Shown here piece by piece: positions 36,605 through 45,471 of a stretch of 64,000 bases of DNA; position 1 is the first letter of the stretch; the number at the start of each line of letters is the position of its first letter. The position numbers and the translations under genes were made by a program. Where the stretch lies: contig JAPXSY010000006.1 in the NCBI GenBank assembly GCA_033812795.1, positions 16,755-80,754 on the forward strand. Direction: 5' to 3'. The notes beneath the pieces were generated by a model. That model did not search any database, was not told the DNA's origin, and worked only from the letters and a program-made list of their open reading frames with translations. Origin of the DNA: Kiritimatiellia bacterium. GTDB taxonomy: Bacteria > Verrucomicrobiota > Kiritimatiellia > RFP12 > UBA1067.

Positions 36605-38752
36605 TTACGGCAACTCCCGTCCGAAAATGCGCATCATGCGCGTCCGTAAATCGCCCTCCGTCTCCATCGGGATCTCGCCGCCGCCCGACAACGCGACCAG
36701 ATCGGCGAGGATATGCATCGCCTCATCCAGCACCACGTCGTCTTCCCATTCCTCCTGCTCCGAAGCATCCGACGCCTCATCCTCAATTTTCCGCATCTCG
36801 CGTTCAGCGCGCATCATCGCGCGGCGCGCCTCCCACTCCAACGGCACCTCGGTCTTCTCGTTCAACTCCTGCACATGCCGGACCAGAGTGCAATACCGTG
36901 CGTACCGGCTGTTGTCCGCCAGGCGTTGGGCTGAGAAAGCCTTCAACTGCGGCACAAACGCCGCCACATCCGAAACCGGAATGTAGAGTGCGGATTCAAC
37001 CCGGCTCCAGGGCAGGGCACCCGGCATCTTGTCTTCCCCGATGTCCAGCCCGTCGAGCGTCGACGGAATGACGATATCCGCCGCCACACCCCGGCGTTGC
37101 GTGGATGCGCCGTTGATGCGGTAAAAACTCGCGGTGGTCACCTTCATGGATCCCATTTTCTCCGAACCTAAAGGCATCACCGTCTGCACGGTGCCTTTGC
37201 CGTGCGATTGCGTATCACCAACCAACACCGCGCGGCCGTAATCCTGCAGCGCGCCCGCCACAATTTCGGAAGCCGACGCGCTGGCGCGGTTGATCAGCAC
37301 CACCACCGGCTTGCGGAACGCCATGGCCGGATCGAGATTGGGGACAGGGAGCACCACCAACTGACGGGCCTCGCGCACCTGAACCGCGGGACCGCTCCGC
37401 ACAAACAGGCCGGTCAGGCTGATCGCCTCGCGCAGCGACCCGCCCCCGTTGTTCCGCAAATCCAGAATCAGCCCCGCGACCTGTTCGCTGTTGAACGCGG
37501 CGAGTTGGCGGGCGACGTCCAGCGTCGCGCTGCGGAACCCCGCCTGACCCGGGCGTTTGTCCATTGTACCGTAAAACGTGGGCAGCCGAACCACCCCGAC
37601 CTTGACGGTCTTGCCCTCGGGGGAGGTCACCCGCGCGACACGGCCGGTCGCCGCCTGCTCCTCGAGTTTCACCTCATCCCGGATCAGGTCAATGCGCTTG
37701 GTGATCGTCCCGCTAGGCTCCGAAGCGGGTATGACCTCCAACACCACCCGGGTCCCCTTCTCGCCGCGAATCTTACGTACCGCTTTGTTAAGCGGCAGAT
37801 GCACGATATCCTCGATCGGTCCGTTGCCCTGCCCCACACCGATGATCTTATCCCCCTTCGTCAGGCGCTGGGCGCGCTTGTCCCGGTCGGCGGGCCCGCC
37901 GGGGATGATCTCCACCACCAACGCGGCGCCGTCTTCGGACCGGAGTTGCGCGCCGATCCCGCAGAGCGAGAGATTCATGTCAATGTCAAAATCCTCTTTA
38001 CGCATGGGCGACATGTAATCCGAGTGCGGGTCATACGCCATGGCCACGGCACTGAGGTAACGCTGCAACACCGCCTCCTCGTCCATATCCTGCACGACAA
38101 TCATCAACTGCTTGTAGCGCTTGGCGATGTTCTGCTCGGGCGTATCCGTTCCCGTACTCTCCGCACCCGGCATCGCGTTCGTAACGGCCTGCACCGGGGC
38201 ATTGGTCACACCGAGCCGGTCCAGTTCGCGGCTGATGCGCTGCGACAGCACCTCGTTTTTGATGCGTTTGCGCCACAAATCATCCTGCTCGGTCAAAGTC
38301 GCGGGCCAAGGCGCCTCCCGCCGTTTCCAGGTGTAGCTTTCCTCCTGATCAAAGGTGAACCCTTGCTCAAGCAGGTTGGTGACGGCCTGATAGCGCTCCG
38401 TGACCCGCTTGCGGAAAACCCGGTACACCTCAAAGGGGAACGAGACATCCCCCGCCTTCAACGCATCATCGATCTGGGTCCGCATCGGAATGAAGGCGTC
38501 GATATCGCTCTGCAGAAAGTAGCTGTGGTCGAAATCGAACGCGTTAAGCAGGTTGGTCCAGGCGACCTGAGAAATGGCGTCATTGAGGGGTTTCTGCGAA
38601 AGATGGGCAGCTGGCAGCACCCGCGCGACTTTCTGCGCGACGCCGCCATAATGGGGCTGCGGCACCAGCGTAGTCTGTGCCGCGCCCGCTATCCGCGGCA
38701 TCATCCCGAGCACGAAGAGCGCCAACCCGAAAAACCGGCATGTCCTCATCAT
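36605..38752 (-). CDS. prc: Carboxyl-terminal processing (tail-specific) protease, S41 family, Prc-like
   Basis: 715 aa. A signal peptide is present. PDZ domain: KGDKIIGVGQG. S41 catalytic region: VVLINRASASASEIVAGALQDYGRAVLVGDTQSHGKGTVQTV. Confidence 0.85.
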   Translation of the reverse strand: MMRTCRFFGLALFVLGMMPRIAGAAQTTLVPQPHYGGVAQKVARVLPAAHLSQKPLNDAISQVAWTNLLNAFDFDHSYFLQSDIDAFIPMRTQIDDALKAGDVSFPFEVYRVFRKRVTERYQAVTNLLEQGFTFDQEESYTWKRREAPWPATLTEQDDLWRKRIKNEVLSQRISRELDRLGVTNAPVQAVTNAMPGAESTGTDTPEQNIAKRYKQLMIVVQDMDEEAVLQRYLSAVAMAYDPHSDYMSPMRKEDFDIDMNLSLCGIGAQLRSEDGAALVVEIIPGGPADRDKRAQRLTKGDKIIGVGQGNGPIEDIVHLPLNKAVRKIRGEKGTRVVLEVIPASEPSGTITKRIDLIRDEVKLEEQAATGRVARVTSPEGKTVKVGVVRLPTFYGTMDKRPGQAGFRSATLDVARQLAAFNSEQVAGLILDLRNNGGGSLREAISLTGLFVRSGPAVQVREARQLVVLPVPNLDPAMAFRKPVVVLINRASASASEIVAGALQDYGRAVLVGDTQSHGKGTVQTVMPLGSEKMGSMKVTTASFYRINGASTQRRGVAADIVIPSTLDGLDIGEDKMPGALPWSRVESALYIPVSDVAAFVPQLKAFSAQRLADNSRYARYCTLVRHVQELNEKTEVPLEWEARRAMMRAEREMRKIEDEASDASEQEEWEDDVVLDEAMHILADLVALSGGGEIPMETEGDLRTRMMRIFGRELP

Positions 38753-39498
38753 ACGTCTTTCTGCTCCAATACCTTCACGGCCCGTTCGATCTCATCTGCG
38801 GACAGATGCCCGCCCCGTTCCCGCATCACCCCCGCAAGGCCGCTCACATTGCAGACCACGCACCCTTCACACACCGAAACCCCCGGGCGGAAGGTGTTGC
38901 TGGCGAAACAGACAACCGGCACACAGGCCGGTGACCCGCCCACCCGCTCGGCCAAAAAAGATGTCACTGCCGCTGCCGAGGCCCGTGCCTGCTCCAACGG
39001 TGGCCTGCTCGGCAAACCGCCATCCACCCGCAACACGCCCTCCTCCAGCGTGACGGAACCAGACCAGCACTTCGTTTCGATCGCAAACAGGCCGGTCGGC
39101 CCCACCACCACATGGTCGATCCCCTCCGAACGCCCGCCGCAAAGAAGATCATGAAACACATGAAAACCGCGCGGCAGACCGGAAAGCACCCAGGCCACCC
39201 GCTCTTCCCCACGGGCCCCTTTGAAAAAAGCGTCCAGTCCGGCAAGCCCGTCACGCACCGCCCATACCAGCGCCGCCGCGGTCACAAGCAGGCCGAGCCC
39301 CGCCGCCTCCCACGTGATCCGCGGCAGCAGCAGCCCCGAAAACAGACCGAGAACGAACAGGGCCGCCAGCAGCGGGCCGACCGCCCGCATCACCCCGGCC
39401 GCACGGGCGCGTTCGCCCGGAACACCGTATATCCGCGCTGACTCCGGCTCTTGCATAATGGGTTCAATTATTGTGACCGATTCACACACCGGTTGCAA
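38749..39498 (-). CDS. Membrane-anchored NERD (nuclease-related domain) protein
   Basis: Two N-terminal transmembrane helices are followed by HVFHDLLCGGRSEGIDHVVVGPTGLFAIETKCWSG, a NERD signature. Confidence 0.6.
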   Translation of the reverse strand: MQPVCESVTIIEPIMQEPESARIYGVPGERARAAGVMRAVGPLLAALFVLGLFSGLLLPRITWEAAGLGLLVTAAALVWAVRDGLAGLDAFFKGARGEERVAWVLSGLPRGFHVFHDLLCGGRSEGIDHVVVGPTGLFAIETKCWSGSVTLEEGVLRVDGGLPSRPPLEQARASAAAVTSFLAERVGGSPACVPVVCFASNTFRPGVSVCEGCVVCNVSGLAGVMRERGGHLSADEIERAVKVLEQKDV

Positions 39499-41374
39499 CC
39501 CTCTTCTTGCCGGCGATCTGCCGGGCCATGTTTTCGGCGGTCAGTCCGCATCCCTCCAGCAACTCGGCGAGATTCCCTTGTCCCACAAACCGGTCGGGCC
39601 AGCCAAAGGCCGACACAGGACAATCAAAACCGCCAGCCGCCAGAGCCTCGCGCAAAGCCGAGCCGAACCCGCCGCTGACCGCGCCGTTCTCCATTGTCAC
39701 GAATTGCGCCGCGTTTCCGGCCTGAGCATAGAGCAGCGTCGTATCCATCGGTTTCACGAACCGGGCATTCACCACGCCGGAACGCAGGCCCGCGTCCCGC
39801 AGACGGGTCGCCACGTCGCGCGCCAACGGCAGCATGTCGCCCAGTGCCCAAATCCACACCTCGCCCCCCTCCGGCCCCGCATCCGGATGAAGCAAGACTT
39901 CCGCCTGTCCGACGGACAATGCCGGGACCGCCGCGTCACACGCCACCTCCGGACCCGGTTCACGCGGATACCGGATCACCGACGGCCCGTCGAGCGCGAG
40001 GGCTGTCCGCAGCATGGCCTCCAGTTCCACCCGATCCTTGGGCTGCATGATCGTCAGATTCGGCAGACAGCGCAACATGGGGATATCGTAGACCCCGTGA
40101 TGCGTGGGTCCGTCGCCCCCCACCACGCCGGCCCGGTCCACGCAGAACACCACCGGCAGGCGCGGGATGCAAACGTCCTGCATCACACAGTCGACCGCCC
40201 GCTGCAAGAACGTGGAATATACCGCAAACACCGGGCGCAAGCCGGCGGTGGCCAAACCTGCGGCGAACACCACCGCGTGCGCCTCACAGATTCCCACATC
40301 GAAGAATCGTTCCGGATGGCGCGACGCGAACGGCTCCAACCCCGTGCCGCTACACATGGCGGCGGTGATCGCCACAACCGACGGGTCCCGTTCCGCCAGA
40401 GCGGTCAGCGTTTCGCCGAACGCCTGCGAATATCCGCCCGGACGCGCCTCAGGCGGTTGGCCGGCCTCCAGATCAAACGCACCCACGCCATGCCAGGCGC
40501 TGGGACGGCGTTCCGCGGGCCGAAACCCCCGCCCCTTTTGTGTGGCGACATGGATCAGTACGGAACGCTTGTATTCGCGCGCCGAACAGAGGGCATTCTC
40601 CAACGCGCGGAAATCGTGTCCGTCGATCGGCCCCACGTACCGCAGGCCAAAGGCCTCGAAGAAAGCGTTTTGCAGCCACAGGCTCTTGATCGCCTGTTCC
40701 AGCCGGTAGTAAATCCGACGCAGCGGTGTCATGCGCAACCGGTGGCCGGCCGCTTCGGCAGCGGCCTTGATGCGGTTGTAGCGCACATCCGCGAGCATCC
40801 GACCGAGACGGCGGGAGAGCGCGCCCACATTCTCGGAGATCGACATCTCATTGTCATTGAGGATGACGATCACCTTGCTTCGCACCTCCTCGATGCTGTT
40901 GAGCGCCTCGAGCGCGATCCCATTGGCCATGGCGCCGTCGCCGATCACCGCGACCACATGCCCCGCGCCGTTCCCCCGCTCACGCCCCGCCGCCAATCCC
41001 AGAGCGGATGAAAGCGCGGTCCCGGCATGACCGGCCACGCATACGTCACAGTCACTCTCTTCCGGCCGGGTGAACCCCGAAAGCCCGTCCCGCTGCCGCA
41101 GGGTGTGAAAACGCTCCCGCCGCCCCGTAAGCAGTTTCCAGGCGTAGGTTTGGTGGCCGACATCCCAAATCACCTTGTCCTGCGGCGGAGAAAAGGCGCG
41201 CAGAATCGCGATGGTCAGTTCGACCGCACCGAGATTGGAGGCCAAATGACCGCCGTTCCGGCTTACCGTCTCCAGAATCGCCTCCCGGATCTCTTCGGCC
41301 AGGACCGGCAACTGTCCAGATTCGAGAACCTGCACATCAGCGGGAGTCCGGATCGTTTTCAACAAATTCGACAT
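39482..41374 (-). CDS. dxs: 1-deoxy-D-xylulose-5-phosphate synthase
   Basis: MSNLLKTIRTPADVQVLE...GGHLASNLGAVELTIAL...DVGHQTYAWKLLTGR. TPP-binding motifs and a transketolase C-terminal domain are present. Confidence 0.9.
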   Translation of the reverse strand: MSNLLKTIRTPADVQVLESGQLPVLAEEIREAILETVSRNGGHLASNLGAVELTIAILRAFSPPQDKVIWDVGHQTYAWKLLTGRRERFHTLRQRDGLSGFTRPEESDCDVCVAGHAGTALSSALGLAAGRERGNGAGHVVAVIGDGAMANGIALEALNSIEEVRSKVIVILNDNEMSISENVGALSRRLGRMLADVRYNRIKAAAEAAGHRLRMTPLRRIYYRLEQAIKSLWLQNAFFEAFGLRYVGPIDGHDFRALENALCSAREYKRSVLIHVATQKGRGFRPAERRPSAWHGVGAFDLEAGQPPEARPGGYSQAFGETLTALAERDPSVVAITAAMCSGTGLEPFASRHPERFFDVGICEAHAVVFAAGLATAGLRPVFAVYSTFLQRAVDCVMQDVCIPRLPVVFCVDRAGVVGGDGPTHHGVYDIPMLRCLPNLTIMQPKDRVELEAMLRTALALDGPSVIRYPREPGPEVACDAAVPALSVGQAEVLLHPDAGPEGGEVWIWALGDMLPLARDVATRLRDAGLRSGVVNARFVKPMDTTLLYAQAGNAAQFVTMENGAVSGGFGSALREALAAGGFDCPVSAFGWPDRFVGQGNLAELLEGCGLTAENMARQIAGKKRVATGV

Positions 41375-41378
41375 AACC

Positions 41379-43007
41379 TCACTCTGCGGCTTTCTCCGCG
41401 GCCGAGGTCCGACGCTTCCAGATCTGAAGCGTCGTGCCGTTCTGCCCGAAGCCGGGAACCTCCTGCACACGATCGTAGTATTTGCCGACCTTACTGAAGA
41501 ACATCTGCCGCTCGGCGTGCGGCACCTCATCCATCACCGGCGCACGCACGGCTAACCCATATCCGCTGAAGGCCGCCACCCGGCACGACGCGGACGTGAT
41601 CAGTTCGCTCAAACGCCGGGTATTCATCACATGAAACCGCTGCGCGTCCTCGTCTCCCAGTTCCGGAAAATAACTGAACGGCCCCATTTCCAGCCCATCC
41701 GGCACACGCATCCCGGCCTCCACCGCAAGATAGGTGTCCTGTGTCAGCAACAGCCGGTCCTCCTCAGCCAGCGCCCGCACGTCACGGGCCGTCATCCGGA
41801 GCAGCGCCAGATCAGGCATCGGCTTACGAACCACCCAGAACCGGTCCTGCCCGTGCACGAACCACTCCTGCGCCAGCGGTGAGGCAAAGGCCGCGAGCAG
41901 CGAGGCCACGGTCCAGAACAGGCAAAGACAACCGCGCAACGTTCCGGAGGAGGTGCTGTTCGCGACCCACCCCGCCAGCGCAGCAGCGAGCAACCCCATC
42001 ACCGGAACCTGATAGTCGTCATACGGGAAGGGGCTGAGCAGATGCACCAGAAAGACCGCGAGAAAACCGAGTGTCCAGATTGCGGGCCACATCCCCCCCT
42101 GATACCGAACGCCCGCCGGTTCTTCTTGCGCGTTCTGTCCCACTATGCCGCTGCGGAAGATCCGGAAGATGATCAGCGCCGCAGTCAACAGCGCCATCGG
42201 CAAATAGGCGCGGACTGTCCGGGAGAATGACCCGGCCAGATAGAACCAATCCCGGCCGCCGCGCGAGACATGATACGTCTGGCCAAAGATAAACGCTTCG
42301 CGCGCCTCCATCAGACAGGGTCCGTACACCAGCGCCAGCCCCACTCCCCCACCCAATGCGAACCAGAAAAACGCGGCTCCGGTCTTACGGCAGGTGACCA
42401 GCAACGCCAGCGCGGTAACCGGCAGCAGCGCGCCCAGTGAAAGCCGTGTGCCCGCCGCAAACGCGATCAGGAGACCGGCAGGCAGCGCCCACATGCAGGA
42501 GAGGGCGGAACGGGTCTTACAGCGACGTGACACGCACAGCGACAGAACCCCGTATCCGCCCAGAAGCAGACAGGAGGCCAGCGCATAGGTTTTGGGGATC
42601 GTAGTGAAATAGATGTGATACAGATTGCATCCCGTCAACGCGAACGCGATCAGGCCGGCTTCCGCCGCCCGCTGGGCCGGCACCGCGCGCCGCGCCAACC
42701 CGGCCGCCATGACACACCCCGCCAACCCCATCAGTGCCGTCAGAATCCTTCCGCCCAAAACCCCAAAAGGTGTCCAGAGGCCCGAGAAGAGCGCATACAC
42801 GTACGGCAGAAGCGGCCCCTGCGTGAAAAAGAAATCCCGGTACGGTCTGGCCCCCTCGGCCACCCGGATCGCCGCATACAGGTACCACCCCTCATCCTGA
42901 TTGAGGTTGCCGAACCATACGGCGAAAGCGTACAACACAACCGTAGCCCCCGCCAACAGAGTCGCGGCACACCCTAAACAAAAGCGATGACTCCCTTTTC
43001 GGAGCAT
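41379..43007 (-). CDS. GT-C-fold membrane glycosyltransferase (family 39/83-like, ArnT/PMT type)
   Basis: 542 aa with about 12 transmembrane helices. The first periplasmic loop carries DEGWYLYAAIRVAEGARPY, as in ArnT/PMT enzymes. Confidence 0.6.
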   Translation of the reverse strand: MLRKGSHRFCLGCAATLLAGATVVLYAFAVWFGNLNQDEGWYLYAAIRVAEGARPYRDFFFTQGPLLPYVYALFSGLWTPFGVLGGRILTALMGLAGCVMAAGLARRAVPAQRAAEAGLIAFALTGCNLYHIYFTTIPKTYALASCLLLGGYGVLSLCVSRRCKTRSALSCMWALPAGLLIAFAAGTRLSLGALLPVTALALLVTCRKTGAAFFWFALGGGVGLALVYGPCLMEAREAFIFGQTYHVSRGGRDWFYLAGSFSRTVRAYLPMALLTAALIIFRIFRSGIVGQNAQEEPAGVRYQGGMWPAIWTLGFLAVFLVHLLSPFPYDDYQVPVMGLLAAALAGWVANSTSSGTLRGCLCLFWTVASLLAAFASPLAQEWFVHGQDRFWVVRKPMPDLALLRMTARDVRALAEEDRLLLTQDTYLAVEAGMRVPDGLEMGPFSYFPELGDEDAQRFHVMNTRRLSELITSASCRVAAFSGYGLAVRAPVMDEVPHAERQMFFSKVGKYYDRVQEVPGFGQNGTTLQIWKRRTSAAEKAAE

Positions 43008-43119
43008 GTCCCTCCCCCCAAAAATTACCCGCCGCGATGCCGCATCCTGTCCGCTCTCATTGCGCCCTTAGTATAACCCGATTTCTTTCCGTCACGCAAG
43101 CAGACAGCCGGATCACCGC

Positions 43120-43149
43120 TTGACCCGAGGCCCCGCTTCCGCATACTAT
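43120..43149 (+). promoter_or_regulatory. Candidate sigma-70-type promoter (TTGACC-N18-TACTAT) upstream of the rluB-like gene
   Basis: TTGACC sits at 43120-43125 and TACTAT at 43144-43149. The spacer is 18 nt, one longer than optimal. Confidence 0.3.
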
Positions 43150-43260
43150 CCCCGCATCCGGAAAAGACACCAAAGGCGGAAAAGCAGGCGCCGCCACCAG
43201 CCCGGTGAACCGCCGCGGGGCGTGAACCCCGCACGCATGTACTCGCGATCTGAAAGTCCC

Positions 43261-44181
43261 ATGAATGCGTTTCCTGACTCTGTCACTCCACCGCCCGCAG
43301 CCCTTCCCCGCGACACGCCGGGCGAACGGCTGCAGAACGTCCTCGCGCACCGCGGCGTCGCATCGCGCCGCCATGCCGCCGACATCATCGCAAACGGCTC
43401 GGTCACCGTCAACGGCAAGGTGATCTTCGCGCCCGGATTCCGCGTCGATCCGACCCGCGATGACATCCGCGTCAACGGGGAGCGTCTTGCGAAGACAGAG
43501 GAACGTTCCCGCACGATCCTGCTCCATAAACCCGCAGGCCTGATTTGCAGCGCGGACTCTTCGCGTGGCCAAACGGTCTGCGACCTGATGCGCCCGCATT
43601 TCCGCGAACGGATCGTGCCCGTGGGGCGTCTCGACAAAGAGAGTGAAGGACTGCTGCTGCTTTCCAATGACGGCGAACTCATCCACCGTATGACGCATCC
43701 GCGATACGGCCACTCCAAAACCTACCTCGTCCGGGTGGCGGGCCGCATGGCCGCTTCCAAAATCGAACTGCTGCGCTCGCGTTTGGAGATCGACGGGTAC
43801 ACCATCCGGCCGGTGAAGGTCGAGGTGCTGAAGGAGGGACGCGACAACACGCATCTTCTGGCCTTCACCCTGAGCGAAGGCCGAAACCGCCAGATCCGCA
43901 AAATGTGCTCTCTGGCGCATTTCGTCGTGCTGAACCTCACCCGCGTACGCATCGGCCCGCTGAAGATCGGCACGATGCGCCCCGGCGAATGGCGGGAACT
44001 CTCGGAAGCCGAAGTCCGGGCACTTAAGCGCACGCCTTCCGCATCCGTCATCCCGCCGCCGGATCGCGGCGGCCCGACCCGGGGCGGCACGCCGCCCCAC
44101 GCCAGGAGGCCGAAACCGGACCTCAGGCCCCCTGGCCCGCGAAAAAGCGGTCCATCAGCGCGCTGTGCTCGGCATCCGTGA
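43261..44181 (+). CDS. RsuA/RluB-family pseudouridine synthase with an S4 domain and an Arg/Pro-rich C-terminal tail
   Basis: S4 domain: RLQNVLAHRGVASRRHAADIIANGSVTVNG. Catalytic motif: VGRLDKESEGLLLLSNDGEL. Confidence 0.8.
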   Translation: MNAFPDSVTPPPAALPRDTPGERLQNVLAHRGVASRRHAADIIANGSVTVNGKVIFAPGFRVDPTRDDIRVNGERLAKTEERSRTILLHKPAGLICSADSSRGQTVCDLMRPHFRERIVPVGRLDKESEGLLLLSNDGELIHRMTHPRYGHSKTYLVRVAGRMAASKIELLRSRLEIDGYTIRPVKVEVLKEGRDNTHLLAFTLSEGRNRQIRKMCSLAHFVVLNLTRVRIGPLKIGTMRPGEWRELSEAEVRALKRTPSASVIPPPDRGGPTRGGTPPHARRPKPDLRPPGPRKSGPSARCARHP

Positions 44182-45112
44182 ACCCGCGGCTCTCGATCGT
44201 GACCCAGCCGTTGTAGCCGATCTCATCGATCACCTTGCGCACGGAGCGCCAGTCCACGCTGCCTTTTCCGATCGGCACGAAATCCCCCTCGTTCTTCTTT
44301 TCGCGGTCGATTTTGAAATCCTTGATGTGAAGTTTCACGATCTGGGAACCCAACGCGCGCAGCCACTCCTCGGTCGGGGCGTACCGCACGTTGTTGCCGA
44401 GGTCGAAGTAGGCTTTCACCCACGGGTTGTCAAACGACCGGACAAACGCGGCCGCGAAATCCGGCAGCACCCAGAGATTGTTCCACACATTCTCCAGCGC
44501 GATGATCACCCCTTCGCGCGCCGCGACAGGAATCAGTTCCTCAATCGCGCGCCGCGACATCTCGGTCGCCTGATTCTGCGCGGCGATGTACTCGGCAAAC
44601 GGCGCGTTGTCCCCCTCGACCACCGACGTGACGCGCAGCGTCCGGGGATCAAACGCAATCCGGAACTGCGACGGCTTGGGCATGGTGCCGCCCACCCTGC
44701 ACGGCACCAGCAGGATAACGGAGGATCCATACGTTGCCGTGAGGCGGATCATCCTCTTGACGTCCTCGATCGATTTACGCCGCTGGGCCTCGTCCGAGCT
44801 GTTGAAATTCGTCCACCCGCCCATGAAAGAATGGATGGCGAGTCCGTGTTTCGCGGCCGTCAAACGTCCTTGGATCGCCTGTTCCTCGGTCACGTTCTTA
44901 TTGGACAGTTCGACACCGGGAAAGCCGGCCTTGGCGATCCGCTCACAGGTCTTGTCATCCGCCACACCCGCAATTAACGCCTTGTACAGCGTGGTCCGGA
45001 ACGCGCATGCGCCCCCCCCCTCCTGCGCGACCCCGAAACGCGGCATCCCCGTCACTGCCCCGGCTGCCGCCACACCCATCATGAATGCCCTGCGGTTCAT
45101 CTGCATGTCCAT
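44123..45112 (-). CDS. Tat-secreted sugar-phosphate isomerase/epimerase (xylose-isomerase-like TIM barrel)
   Basis: The twin-arginine signal is MNRRAFMMGVAAAGAV. The barrel carries the AP-endonuclease-2/XylA-like fold (IKLHIKDF...). Confidence 0.65.
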   Translation of the reverse strand: MDMQMNRRAFMMGVAAAGAVTGMPRFGVAQEGGGACAFRTTLYKALIAGVADDKTCERIAKAGFPGVELSNKNVTEEQAIQGRLTAAKHGLAIHSFMGGWTNFNSSDEAQRRKSIEDVKRMIRLTATYGSSVILLVPCRVGGTMPKPSQFRIAFDPRTLRVTSVVEGDNAPFAEYIAAQNQATEMSRRAIEELIPVAAREGVIIALENVWNNLWVLPDFAAAFVRSFDNPWVKAYFDLGNNVRYAPTEEWLRALGSQIVKLHIKDFKIDREKKNEGDFVPIGKGSVDWRSVRKVIDEIGYNGWVTIESRGFTDAEHSALMDRFFAGQGA

Positions 45113-45312
45113 CCTCCCCTTGCCTTTCCTGTGCTCCCGTTCCGTTGGGCTGCACACCCTTTTCCGGATTTCCAGTCCCATCGCATCAGGCGCATGCGCC
45201 TGTCCCAATCTGACGTAAACAGTATAGAGACCCCGGAACGTCTATGTCAAGACACACGCGGTCAGGACAGATCAGCTTAGAATGGCCCGCTACGCGAGTG
45301 CCCCCGGGTCAG

Positions 45313-45345
45313 CAGGGGGTTTCGGTTCGTGACAGGGGGTTTCGG
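45313..45345. promoter_or_regulatory. 13-nt perfect direct repeat (CAGGGGGTTTCGG, two copies, 20-nt period) in a divergent intergenic region
   Basis: It is seen at 45313-45325 and 45333-45345, between a divergently transcribed isomerase and an esterase. Confidence 0.35.
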
Positions 45346-45471
45346 AGTTGACTGCGTTCGCCTCCCGCCTGCATAATGCGTTTCAACCACAAGACCGGCA
45401 CGGCACCTGTAAAGGCTGGGGAACGCCGGCGGCTCGAATAATCTCTTGCCGAGCATGACCCAACTGATCTG

